A stretch of DNA of 53,544 bases from the NCBI GenBank assembly GCA_026991575.1, contig JALXBF010000114.1, positions 1 to 53,544 on the forward strand. The letters run 5' to 3'. This DNA comes from Planctomycetota bacterium (GTDB lineage Bacteria > Planctomycetota > Planctomycetia > JALXBF01). This document shows, one piece after another, positions 36,094-45,170 of this stretch (positions within the stretch are counted from its first letter, which is position 1; the number at the start of each line of letters is the position of its first letter). The notes beneath the pieces were generated by a model that was not told the DNA's origin, did not search any database, and saw only the letters and a program-made list of their open reading frames with translations. Position numbers and translations under genes: made by a program.

Positions 36094-38040
36094 ATGCCCC
36101 TTGAAACCGCTCGATACATCTGGCCTTACGCGATGCTGGCCGCAATCGCCGCGGCCCTGCTCCTTCCCTCTCTGCATCAACCGCTCCTGGAAAACTACGT
36201 CGACCGACAGTGCCACACAGCGATGGTTGCCCGCAACCTGTTGAGGGGCGGCAGCCTGCTCTACCCGACGATCGACGTAGGCCCTTTCCCCGCGTACTAC
36301 ATGCTCGAGTTGCCGCTCTATCCCTGGCTCGCAGGCTGCCTGCATCGCCTGACACCGCTACCGCTGGACGCTGCAGGCCGGCTGGTGTCCTGCGTGGCCA
36401 CCATCGCCGCCACAGTTCTGCTGTTCGACCTGCTCCGCCGGAGCCACAGCGTCTACGCGGCTCTTTCGGCCTGCATCCTGGTGGTTACGACCCCTGTTGT
36501 GCTCCGCTATGGCCGTGCGTTCCAGCCGGACGCCCTGCTCCTGTTTTGCCTGGTACTCTCGGTGTGGGCGGCACACACGCGTGGGCCTATCCTGGGCTGG
36601 GCCTCTGCGGCCCTGGCCATCCTGCTCAAGGGCACCGCGGCGTGGATCGTGCTGGTAGTCGGCATGTGCCGGCGGGCGAAGGGGGATCGGTGGCCGCGGA
36701 TCGTTGCGGCGGGCGTGGTTGCCTTCCTGCCGGCAGCCGCGTGGTACCTGCACGCTGCGGCGGTTTCTCGGGCCACAGCGGCAGGGGTGTCAGCGGATTT
36801 CTGGGCGCTTCACAAGTGGCTGCCGCTGCATGGACTCGGTGTCGGGTCCGTGCTCGGCGAGCTTCTTTATCGACTCGGCTGGCGGAGCTTAGGGCCGGCG
36901 CTGTCTGTTGCGGCGATAGGAGGGGTCGTTCTCGGCTTGCACCGGCGGGTGCTGCCGACGTGGGCATCGTACTGGGCAGCCGGCTTGGTGACGTTTGTCC
37001 CCGTTCTGCTTCGGAAGGCGGACCATGAGCACTACTACCTGGTGCTCCTGCCAGCGGGGGCTGCCGCAGCGGCCGTCCTAGTTGACCGGCTGCGCAACCG
37101 GGAGGGGAGCTTGGGGAAACTGGTCTGGCCGGTGGCGGCCGGGCTATGCAGCGTGGCAGTTGTGGTTGCGGGCCGGGTGGCGTGGTCAACCCGTCAGGTG
37201 CCGAACGAATGGCGGGACGTGTTGGCGGCGGCAGCCGAACTGCGGCGGCTGACCCGGGCAGAAGAGCTCGTCGTCGGCCATTCCTCGGTGCTGTTCTATG
37301 CGGATCGGCGCGGTTACGCCGTCGCGCACCGGCCCGCGGACATCCGCCAGTGGCTGCTGAAATGGGGGCAGGAGGGCAGGCGTCTGGTACAACTTGCGGA
37401 GCAGCGAGCTGGTAGGCCCGGAGGGCACGCGGCATCGCTCGTGGCGCCCGACGTAGCCCGCCGCACCGCACGGGTCTCAAGTTCGGCGAGGACCGTTGGA
37501 TGGGGGAGCATGTCAGCGCCACCGCTAGGCGCGGCGGGCCGAACCGGGCTGAGCCCGTACGTGCTGTTGGAGCTTTATGCTCGGCATGGCGCGGTTGTGC
37601 TCGTGGAGCTGGACCGCAGCGTGGCTCTGGTGCCGGGTGGCCAGGCGTATCTTGACAGCCTGCATCGCCGGTACGCGGTGGTGAAACGGAAGCCGGGTGC
37701 GTACGTGGTCGTGCGGTTGCGCCGGGTGTCGCACCTAGCGGCGCGCGCGCCACGGGGCGCAACAGGATCAGCGCCCGACGGATTGGCGTCAGGACGTCAA
37801 CTCGATGTCATGCATGATGTTACTGATTCCAGAGGCGTCACGCACGCCGGCACGGACTTTGCCATGATGGCCCGGTACCTCCGCCGGCGCGGCGTCACCG
37901 CGACCGGCCCCTGGAATGTGGCCGCGAGAGCTGCCGTCGACGCGGACTGCTCCGACTGCGCTCGGCGCTGGACCTGCCAAGGAGGTAGCTCACGAGCAGG
38001 CTGTTATGGCCGGGGCCGGCCCGGTGGCCCGGCCGACTGA
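36094..38040 (+). CDS. GT-C fold membrane glycosyltransferase (ArnT/PMT-like)
   Basis: RQCHTAMVARN, LELPLY, GRAFQPD, LLKG and HEHYY motifs with many TM segments; the C-terminal tail is low-complexity and uncertain. Confidence 0.7.
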   Translation: MPLETARYIWPYAMLAAIAAALLLPSLHQPLLENYVDRQCHTAMVARNLLRGGSLLYPTIDVGPFPAYYMLELPLYPWLAGCLHRLTPLPLDAAGRLVSCVATIAATVLLFDLLRRSHSVYAALSACILVVTTPVVLRYGRAFQPDALLLFCLVLSVWAAHTRGPILGWASAALAILLKGTAAWIVLVVGMCRRAKGDRWPRIVAAGVVAFLPAAAWYLHAAAVSRATAAGVSADFWALHKWLPLHGLGVGSVLGELLYRLGWRSLGPALSVAAIGGVVLGLHRRVLPTWASYWAAGLVTFVPVLLRKADHEHYYLVLLPAGAAAAAVLVDRLRNREGSLGKLVWPVAAGLCSVAVVVAGRVAWSTRQVPNEWRDVLAAAAELRRLTRAEELVVGHSSVLFYADRRGYAVAHRPADIRQWLLKWGQEGRRLVQLAEQRAGRPGGHAASLVAPDVARRTARVSSSARTVGWGSMSAPPLGAAGRTGLSPYVLLELYARHGAVVLVELDRSVALVPGGQAYLDSLHRRYAVVKRKPGAYVVVRLRRVSHLAARAPRGATGSAPDGLASGRQLDVMHDVTDSRGVTHAGTDFAMMARYLRRRGVTATGPWNVAARAAVDADCSDCARRWTCQGGSSRAGCYGRGRPGGPAD

Positions 38041-38231
38041 GCACGCCGATGATCACGGAACCACGGGTAGTGCATAACGCGTCGGTGGGGCAAGTTCCGC
38101 AGGGCTGTGGCCACGGTGGCAGCCCCTGGGTGGAGGCGGTCGGTGGCGTCTCGATGCCCCGGGGACTGTCACACATTGAGAGCTTCGACCACTACGGCCA
38201 ATGAACACGAGTGGCAGGGCCGGAAAACGAC

Positions 38232-38260
38232 TTGAAAACCGGCTATGGACCTGGTAGACT
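38232..38260 (+). promoter_or_regulatory. Putative sigma70 promoter in a gene-free region
   Basis: TTGAAA-N17-TAGACT with an extended -10 TG. Confidence 0.45.
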
Positions 38261-38466
38261 GCGTAGTCCTGAAGGGTGCGTGGGGCGAGGAAGACGAGGC
38301 AGGTTGGCGTGGTCGCTGACGCTTCTGAGCCAGAGGGACCTGCTTGGGACCCACCACGGATGGCACTCCCAAAAGTGCCCTGTACTCCCCAGCACCAACG
38401 AGTGCTCGTGTGAGGCCGACAGGACGCAGATGGGTGCTTGCGCGAGCGCGCGTGAAGCTGGGAGGT

Positions 38467-38495
38467 TTGAGTCGGAAGCGAAGATGTGGTAATTT
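38467..38495 (+). promoter_or_regulatory. Second putative sigma70 promoter in the gene-free region
   Basis: TTGAGT-N17-TAATTT with an extended -10 TG. Confidence 0.45.
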
Positions 38496-39095
38496 AGAGA
38501 AAGCGGCTGACCCCGAAGGGGGGCGGTGTCCGGTTGACGACGTAGGTTTGGGCACCGCGCAGTGGCCGGAGCCGCCCCCTCTTCTTGTGTAACCAGGGCT
38601 GGACGAACGAACGGACGCTGACCAGCTTGGGCAACAGCCCGCCAGAACGGACCAATATCCTGCCCCTCGGGTACGGCATTTCCGACCCGCTCCACAGCAG
38701 TGGCCTCGTCTGTGCCCGCGTACGCCGTTAGCGAAGGTTTCGCTTAGGCTCCTTATCGTGGCTACGTAGAGACATCGCGGCGAGGCGCAGCAAGGCCTAG
38801 CGTCGGGCCATTCTCAATCCTCACGCTCCGGCACTCCGATCACCCAACCGCCCAGCGCCCTTGCCACCCGTTTGGAGCCATCAAGTGAGGCTTCCGAGCA
38901 GTCGTATCAAAGCGGCCCAGGGCGGCCGAATTCGTGGGGCGAATGCGTCATCGGGGTAGAACACGCAATCGGTATGTGCGTGCAACCCTTCCGTTTCTGG
39001 GGCTCCGTCGGTCGGAATGACCGGCGTGGTCCGTTCGCTCCATCGAGACGATCGGACCAAGAGTTGATCTCGGGGGGGTAGAGCGGCGGGAACGT

Positions 39096-39992
39096 TCAGG
39101 CACCGGGTAGCTTCTGGCAGTGGGTGAGGATCGCGTCCTGTAGCGCCAGGACGGCGCCGCTTTCGAGTCGGTGCTCCGGCCGGACCAGCACTAGCGTGCG
39201 AACCGTCTGTGGGCGCGTCACCCGCTTGTAGACTACCCCGGCCACCCTGTCCGCCTTTGCCGCCATCTCTGGCACGAGTGAAACGCCCAGTCCCGCCCGC
39301 ACGAGTCTCTGCACAGTCAGCAGTTGCGCGCTTCGGCACCGAACCATGGGCGTGTAGCCAGCCTGGGTGCACAACTCCAGAATCTGGCGGCCCAGACAAT
39401 GGAGCTCGGAAACCAGCACGAACGGCTCTCGCTCCAGGTCGGACAGCGCGATCGAACGCTTCCTGCTCAACGGATGATCCGATCGCAACGCCACCAACAG
39501 CGACTCAGCAAACAACGGCTCCACTCGCAGCCCGGGCTCGTCTACTGGATCGGCCAAGATGGCCAGGTCCAGCTCACCGACTCGGCAGGCATCGAGCAGG
39601 TTCTCGGTCAGATCCTCATGCACGCTCAGTTCGGCTCTCGGAAACTGCCTGCAGAAGCGGCTGATCAACGGCGGCAACAGATAGGGTGACACGGTGGGAA
39701 TCGCGCCCAGACTTACCCGGCCACAACCGTACGCGCCATGCTGATGAACTTCCTCGTACATCGTGGCCGCGAGGCGCAGAAGCTCGCAGGCTCTTCGGTA
39801 CAGCGTCTCGCCAGCCGGCGTCGGCCGGACAACCCGACCACGGCGTTCCAGCAGCTTTGTGCCGCACTCTCGCTCCAGCTTCTGCATCTGCTGGCTCAGT
39901 GCCGGTTGCGAAATATGACACCGGGCAGCCGCGCGCGTGAAGCTTTTCTCTTCAACCACTGCAACGAAATACTGCAACTGATAGAGCTCCAT
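39096..39992 (-). CDS. oxyR: OxyR-like LysR-family regulator
   Basis: LysR HTH (SFTRAAARCHISQPALS); GAIPTVSPYLLP; HCLGRQILELC reproduces the OxyR C-x8-C redox pair. Confidence 0.8.
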   Translation of the reverse strand: MELYQLQYFVAVVEEKSFTRAAARCHISQPALSQQMQKLERECGTKLLERRGRVVRPTPAGETLYRRACELLRLAATMYEEVHQHGAYGCGRVSLGAIPTVSPYLLPPLISRFCRQFPRAELSVHEDLTENLLDACRVGELDLAILADPVDEPGLRVEPLFAESLLVALRSDHPLSRKRSIALSDLEREPFVLVSELHCLGRQILELCTQAGYTPMVRCRSAQLLTVQRLVRAGLGVSLVPEMAAKADRVAGVVYKRVTRPQTVRTLVLVRPEHRLESGAVLALQDAILTHCQKLPGA

Positions 39993-40444
39993 GACACATG
40001 CCCTTTGCGTTCTGATTGCGACGCATTCTAACGGACCGCTGCTCATAGGCGACACTGCCCAGGCTCTTCAGGTGCCGTTCTGAGCACGCCTGCAACCGTG
40101 GCACTGCCCGGCGCACGCTGGCTGCCAATCGTGCACGAAGGTGGATGTGCCAACGCAGGTCTCGCACAGCCGCGGACAGTGTCGTTCTGCAGCTCGACGT
40201 CGTGTCTATTATGCGATTCGTTTGCCTGCGCCCAGGCTGCGCCCCCTAGCAATCTGCAAACCACCCTGGCGTCTACAGGATGCCGAATAACTGCCTACGG
40301 TGAAGAGCGGCAGTCGTTATCGACAACTGCGTCGCCATCGATGTTCCGAGGGGCGTACCGCTTGTTGGGCGGCCGCATTCTGTCAAGGCGGAGTTGATGG
40401 CTGGCTGTCTCTGTCCGGAGACGCTGCAAGACATCGCCCCATCT

Positions 40445-40509
40445 ATAAGTAATTCTTCGCTTCTTCATCACTCGTTCTTATTTGACTGCACGGTCCGAGT
40501 AGTTAGCAT
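40445..40509 (+). promoter_or_regulatory. OxyR-type operator abutting a sigma70 promoter
   Basis: ATAA-N7-TTCG-N7-ATCA-N7-TTAT (40445-40481) directly followed by TTGACT (40482-40487), N16 and TAGCAT; AT-rich island upstream of a GGAGG RBS. Confidence 0.6.
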
Positions 40510-40544
40510 ACGGACAGTGTGACTTCATAGGTTTTGGAGGATAC

Positions 40545-41978
40545 ATGATGCTCACTACCAGCTTTCGCGCCGGAGTCTTGGTCAAGGCGGTTGCCTGCGC
40601 CGGTCTGCTGCTGCTGCGACCTTCATCTGGGGCGGCTCAGTCCAAGGTTGCACCGCCTCCGCCACCGAGGGGCAAGACGAGCTATGCTCCCGTAGCACGG
40701 GGGGTGTCGTTCGATCGTATGGTGGCCCACTTCAGGCGGCTGAAACCGAAGGTGATGGCAGCGCACATGAGGCTCCTGATGGAACGCTATGACCTCAGCG
40801 ACAGGCCGTCGCCGGATGTCACGATGTCCGGAGGCAAGCCGATCCAGGTGGGGGTTCGAGTGAAGCTGCCGGATGGGGTGACTTGGGAGCAGCTCAGCCG
40901 AATGACACCGGAGGAGATTCGGCGCCAGGGACTGTGGCCTAAGGGGTTTCTGCCTCTGCCGCACCCGAACCATGATGAAGGGGGTATGCTGTTTCCCGCG
41001 CACCACATCGCCGAGCTGAAGCGACAGACGGGCCGCGACCTCACCAGGTTCGATCTCGACTTCGACCTCCCGGCACACCTCTTGCCGGAGTATCCGCCGC
41101 CGATGTATCTAACGACCCGTCCGGACCTGGGCGACGTGAGTCAGGGGAAGCTGGTCACACTGGCGAACTATTATGAGCTTTTCAACGGAATCCTGAACCC
41201 GAAGCAACTGGAAGGGCTGCGTCTTCTGGTGACGCCGTTCCCTCAGCAGCAGTTCAACGCCACGGGAGACCGCCGCTCCCTAAAGCCGCATCGCGGAGTC
41301 TCGTGTTTCGATTGCCACGTGAACGGCCACACCAACGGTGCAACCCACCTCGTTGGCGACATCCGCCCGCAGGCGTTTCGGCACCGGATCGATACGCCGA
41401 CGCTGCGAGGCGTGAATATTCAGAGGCTCTTCGGATCGCAGCGCGCGCTGAAGAGCGTCGAGGACTTCACCGAATTTGAACAACGCGCGGCTTACTTCGA
41501 CGGCGATCCGGTGATCGCGACGAAGAAAGGGGTGAACGTGCTTGAGCGTGGCAGCCAGGTGCATTTCATGGCTGAGTTCCAGGCCATTCTGGCGTTGCCA
41601 CCCGCTCCGAAGCTGCGCTGGGACGGCAAGCTGGATCCGAAGAAGGCGACGCCATCGGAACTGCGCGGCCAGGAACTGTTCTTTGGGAAGGCTCGGTGTG
41701 CTGAGTGCCATCCCGCCCCGTACTACACGGACAACCTCATGCATGATCTGAAGACCGAACGCTTCTATGAACCGCAATGGGTTGGCCGGCGATATGCGGC
41801 CGGGGATGGCCCGATCAAGACCTTCCCGCTCCGCGGAATCAAGGACTCGCCACCATACCTGCACGACGGCCGGCTGCTGACCCTGGAGGATACCGTCGAG
41901 TTCTTCAACTTGGTCCTGGAGCTGAGGTTGACGGCCGAGGAGAAACGCGACCTGGTCGCATTCCTGCGATGCCTCTGA
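40545..41978 (+). CDS. Exported di-heme cytochrome c peroxidase / MauG superfamily protein
   Basis: Signal peptide; CFDCH and CAECH; DTPTLRG, RGQELFFGKARC, KTFPLRGI..SPPYLHDG, DLVAFL. Confidence 0.8.
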   Translation: MMLTTSFRAGVLVKAVACAGLLLLRPSSGAAQSKVAPPPPPRGKTSYAPVARGVSFDRMVAHFRRLKPKVMAAHMRLLMERYDLSDRPSPDVTMSGGKPIQVGVRVKLPDGVTWEQLSRMTPEEIRRQGLWPKGFLPLPHPNHDEGGMLFPAHHIAELKRQTGRDLTRFDLDFDLPAHLLPEYPPPMYLTTRPDLGDVSQGKLVTLANYYELFNGILNPKQLEGLRLLVTPFPQQQFNATGDRRSLKPHRGVSCFDCHVNGHTNGATHLVGDIRPQAFRHRIDTPTLRGVNIQRLFGSQRALKSVEDFTEFEQRAAYFDGDPVIATKKGVNVLERGSQVHFMAEFQAILALPPAPKLRWDGKLDPKKATPSELRGQELFFGKARCAECHPAPYYTDNLMHDLKTERFYEPQWVGRRYAAGDGPIKTFPLRGIKDSPPYLHDGRLLTLEDTVEFFNLVLELRLTAEEKRDLVAFLRCL

Positions 41979-42021
41979 GGTTGGCCGATACCGAGCTGTC
42001 ACCATCACGACCATGCACGCT

Positions 42022-42065
42022 CCCCTCTGACGCGGCGGCTTTCGGTGCCGGCCGCGTCAGAGGGG
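42022..42065. repeat. Perfect 15-bp inverted repeat between convergent genes
   Basis: CCCCTCTGACGCGGC-N14-GCCGCGTCAGAGGGG. Confidence 0.75.
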
Positions 42066-42421
42066 CATGCTCGTAGCGGCGCGGGTCTGCATCATTCCAC
42101 GTCCACTGCTGATCAGATCCTCCAAAGCCGAACGCAGCGGAGGTCGGGCCGTTGCGACTCTCTACGTGCTATTGCCCTTCGCATGGCTAGCCGTCGCGTT
42201 CGCAAACGCGGAGGGCAAGCGGTGCGCGGCGACTCGGATTACCCGGTCCCTACTGTCCGTTGCCGGGGGGGCTGCGCCGTGGCGGCCCTGTTGGCGATGG
42301 CTTACGGGGTTGCAGGTCGCTTGCTTGCCGACGGGAGGCGTACCCGGTGGCGAGAAGGTCCATAGATCGGGAAATGGCCTCGACAGAGCCACCCGTTGAT
42401 CGCCGAAGCGATGGGGATGCG

Positions 42422-42721
42422 TCAGCCCAGGTCCTTTGATCGGCCGTAGACCTGATGCCGCGGGCGGTTCCGCAGAATGGATTCGCGCCCCCAGGCGGTG
42501 GTCTTGCGAAACGCGTCGCTATGGATGAAGTCCAGGAACGCTTGCTCGCTGTCCCACTCGCTTATGATCGCATACGAATTGGGATCATCGACCCGTTTGT
42601 ACAGGAACGACTGCTTGTGCCCTGGGGTCTGGTTCAGGACCGCCAGCACCTCCTGAAACTTCTGCTCGAACTGTTCGTTCTTTCCGGGGATCACGTCGTA
42701 GTACATCCCGACAGTAACCAT
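42422..42721 (-). CDS. Antibiotic biosynthesis monooxygenase (ABM/IsdG-like) family protein
   Basis: 99 aa after a GGAGG RBS; PGKNEQFE..F, PGH, YAIISEWDSEQAF..F..SDAF. Confidence 0.85.
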   Translation of the reverse strand: MVTVGMYYDVIPGKNEQFEQKFQEVLAVLNQTPGHKQSFLYKRVDDPNSYAIISEWDSEQAFLDFIHSDAFRKTTAWGRESILRNRPRHQVYGRSKDLG

Positions 42722-42786
42722 GTGCAGACCTCCATTGGCGAGCCCGGCGCGGCGTTGCTCGGGCAACGCGACAAAGTCGCCACCAC

Positions 42787-45072
42787 CTACGCGGAACGGG
42801 GTTCTTCGCTGGACGCAGCTGCAGTTGCCGCTGTATAGCCTTGCACAGCCTGAACCGAAGCTTTTAGCCGTCGCCACCCTCGGTCACATAGGTCCAGCAG
42901 GTCGAGCAGCAGGACCAGGTCTCCGGCCAGCGCTGCGACCATGGCCACGCTGGCGAGCAGACCAAAATGATACAACGGTTTGAACGGCGAACTCAGGAAC
43001 AGGGCAAAACCGACCACTAGGACAAGGCTGGTTAGCACGATCGGTCGACCAGTTGCCACGAGTGCTTCCCGGCGCGCCGCGAGCGGTTCCAGGCCACGGC
43101 GGCGGTGATGGTGGTAGTGGGCAAGCAGGTGAATGGTATCGCTCAGGGCGATGCCCAATGCGATCGTGGCTACCATGGCCGTGCCGGAATCCAACGGCAG
43201 ATCGACCCACCCCATCAGCCCGAACACGAGCGCGACCGGGAAAACGTTTGGCAGGAACGCCGCGGCCGACAACGGTACGGACCGGAACAAGACCAGGCAG
43301 ACGATGCCGATCACAACGGCGGCCGTGGCAAGGCCGCGGATCAGCCCCAGCACGAGCCCTTCGGACAGGACTGCAATCTGCGCAACATTGCCCGCCACGA
43401 TGCAACGGAATCGATCGGTAGGGAGCAGACCCCGGACGTGATCGACCAGGTCGCGAAAGCCGTTTTCGTCACTACGGCACATGAGAGTCACGCGCACTGC
43501 TTGCTGTCCCATGCGGTCGACAAGCCATCCGCTGAACACGGACTGGAATGCCTGGAAGCGGCGCAGGTTTCTGAGTGTGAAGCCACCGGCTGCCTCGGCC
43601 AGCCCGATTGAGGAGACGACCTTCAGAATCTGCGGGTGCTCCAGCTTCTGCAGCAAGTCGCGCACGGCGCGAATGTCGTCAGCGTCCCTGTGGCCGTCGC
43701 GCGGAACCAGGCACAGCTCGAGGCTGTAGATGCCGAAGCCGTGGCGGTCCAGATGATCCAGCGCGCGGGCGATCGGGTCGTCCGCGTGCACGAAGCTGAA
43801 TGGATCGGTGCTGACTCGGATCCTGGTGGCACCCAGGAAGCAGAGGGCAAAGCCGGCCACAAACGCCGCAAACCACCACCCGCGACGCCGGGTCACCGTG
43901 ATCAGATGCAGACGGAGCGTCCTGGTCGTGAGCAGGCGCGCAGACCGCGCCCCTGGAACGGGCAGCAGAGCCCAGACCGCAAAGGCAGCGACCACGGCGA
44001 GCATTGCCCCGATGGCCAGCATCGCGCCGAGCTGCCGGATCGGTTGTAACTCATTGAAAAGAAGCATGGCAAAGCCTGCGGAGGCTGTCACGGCGGCTCC
44101 GAGACAGGGCAACGCAACCAGGTTGGCGAACTCCGCCACGCGCTCGCTGTGTTCCAGGTGATCGAAGCTGGGGCTGTGATGACAGATGTGGATTGTGGTG
44201 ACCAGGACGAGAATGACAACTAAAGCTGGGCCGGCCATCGTGACGACATCCAGCGGCCAGCCCAGCAGCGCAGCCAGTGCCAGTAGCACGCTGGTTGCCC
44301 AGCCCGCTGCCAAGGTGCACAGAAGCGGTGCTCGGAGCGTGCGGTAGACCACGTAGAGGCTGACGAGCGTCACCAGCCACGACGCGGGGAGGGTCGTTGC
44401 GAGCACTTCGCGCGCCATCTGCTCCAGGCGGTGTTGCACTACAATCCCCCCGACAAGAAACGTTTCGATCTCCTCGGGCACCAACTCTGCCAGCGCGCGC
44501 CGAACTCCGGCCACGACCTGACGCCGCCTCTGGTCCCGCTCACCGGCCGGGAATTCCGCCAGCTCCACGTAGCTGACCAGCGTGCGACCGCAGCGATCGA
44601 AGAGGGCCCCAAGATAGAGGCCGTAGCGGTCCTGATCGGCGAGAAGCTGCGTTAGCGGAGTCAGCTCGACCTGGTCGGTTACCAACGACAGGTCATAGAC
44701 TCGGCGGACGCCGTCGATGGCAAGCAACGCCGCACGCAGCCGCCTCAGTAGGTAGATGTCCTCGTCTCGGACCGGCCGGGAGAAGTGGAGCGCAATGGCT
44801 AGCGTGTCGCCAACCGGGAAATGGCGGGCGAACTCGTCCCAGGCTGCCTGCAAACTTGCCGGCGTCCAACGCTCGGGTGAGTCGTTCACCTCCAGGGTCG
44901 CGATCAGCGCAAGCGACGTGGCGAACGTGACGGCTAGAAAGGCCACCAAGCCTAGGCGGTGGTGCAACAGACACTGGAGCACAGCCACCAGTGCTGCGCC
45001 CGAGCCATACCGCTGGGCCACCGTACGCTTCGCCGCTCCCACTGATGCTATCCCCAGTTGCCGAACTCGCAC
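42787..45072 (-). CDS. MMPL/RND-family membrane transporter
   Basis: Two-repeat TM architecture; PNVFP, IALGIALSDTIH, TGRPIVLTS. Start is uncertain. Confidence 0.85.
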   Translation of the reverse strand: MRVRQLGIASVGAAKRTVAQRYGSGAALVAVLQCLLHHRLGLVAFLAVTFATSLALIATLEVNDSPERWTPASLQAAWDEFARHFPVGDTLAIALHFSRPVRDEDIYLLRRLRAALLAIDGVRRVYDLSLVTDQVELTPLTQLLADQDRYGLYLGALFDRCGRTLVSYVELAEFPAGERDQRRRQVVAGVRRALAELVPEEIETFLVGGIVVQHRLEQMAREVLATTLPASWLVTLVSLYVVYRTLRAPLLCTLAAGWATSVLLALAALLGWPLDVVTMAGPALVVILVLVTTIHICHHSPSFDHLEHSERVAEFANLVALPCLGAAVTASAGFAMLLFNELQPIRQLGAMLAIGAMLAVVAAFAVWALLPVPGARSARLLTTRTLRLHLITVTRRRGWWFAAFVAGFALCFLGATRIRVSTDPFSFVHADDPIARALDHLDRHGFGIYSLELCLVPRDGHRDADDIRAVRDLLQKLEHPQILKVVSSIGLAEAAGGFTLRNLRRFQAFQSVFSGWLVDRMGQQAVRVTLMCRSDENGFRDLVDHVRGLLPTDRFRCIVAGNVAQIAVLSEGLVLGLIRGLATAAVVIGIVCLVLFRSVPLSAAAFLPNVFPVALVFGLMGWVDLPLDSGTAMVATIALGIALSDTIHLLAHYHHHRRRGLEPLAARREALVATGRPIVLTSLVLVVGFALFLSSPFKPLYHFGLLASVAMVAALAGDLVLLLDLLDLCDRGWRRLKASVQAVQGYTAATAAASSEEPRSA

Positions 45073-45170
45073 TCCTAGAGTGTTCGTCCGTGACGGTCTA
45101 TTCTAGGGTACGGTCCCCTGGAAGGCGTCTTCGCCCGTTGGACCTCCCCCCGCGCGACGGAGCTGTGACG

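Noticed and set aside
38298..38345. GAGCCAGAGGGACCTGC resembles the 3' B12 box of cobalamin riboswitches
   Set aside because: The conserved upstream core (GGGAA, CGGTG..A.TCC, GCCCCCGC.ACTGT) is absent, the segment is too short, and no gene follows on that strand.
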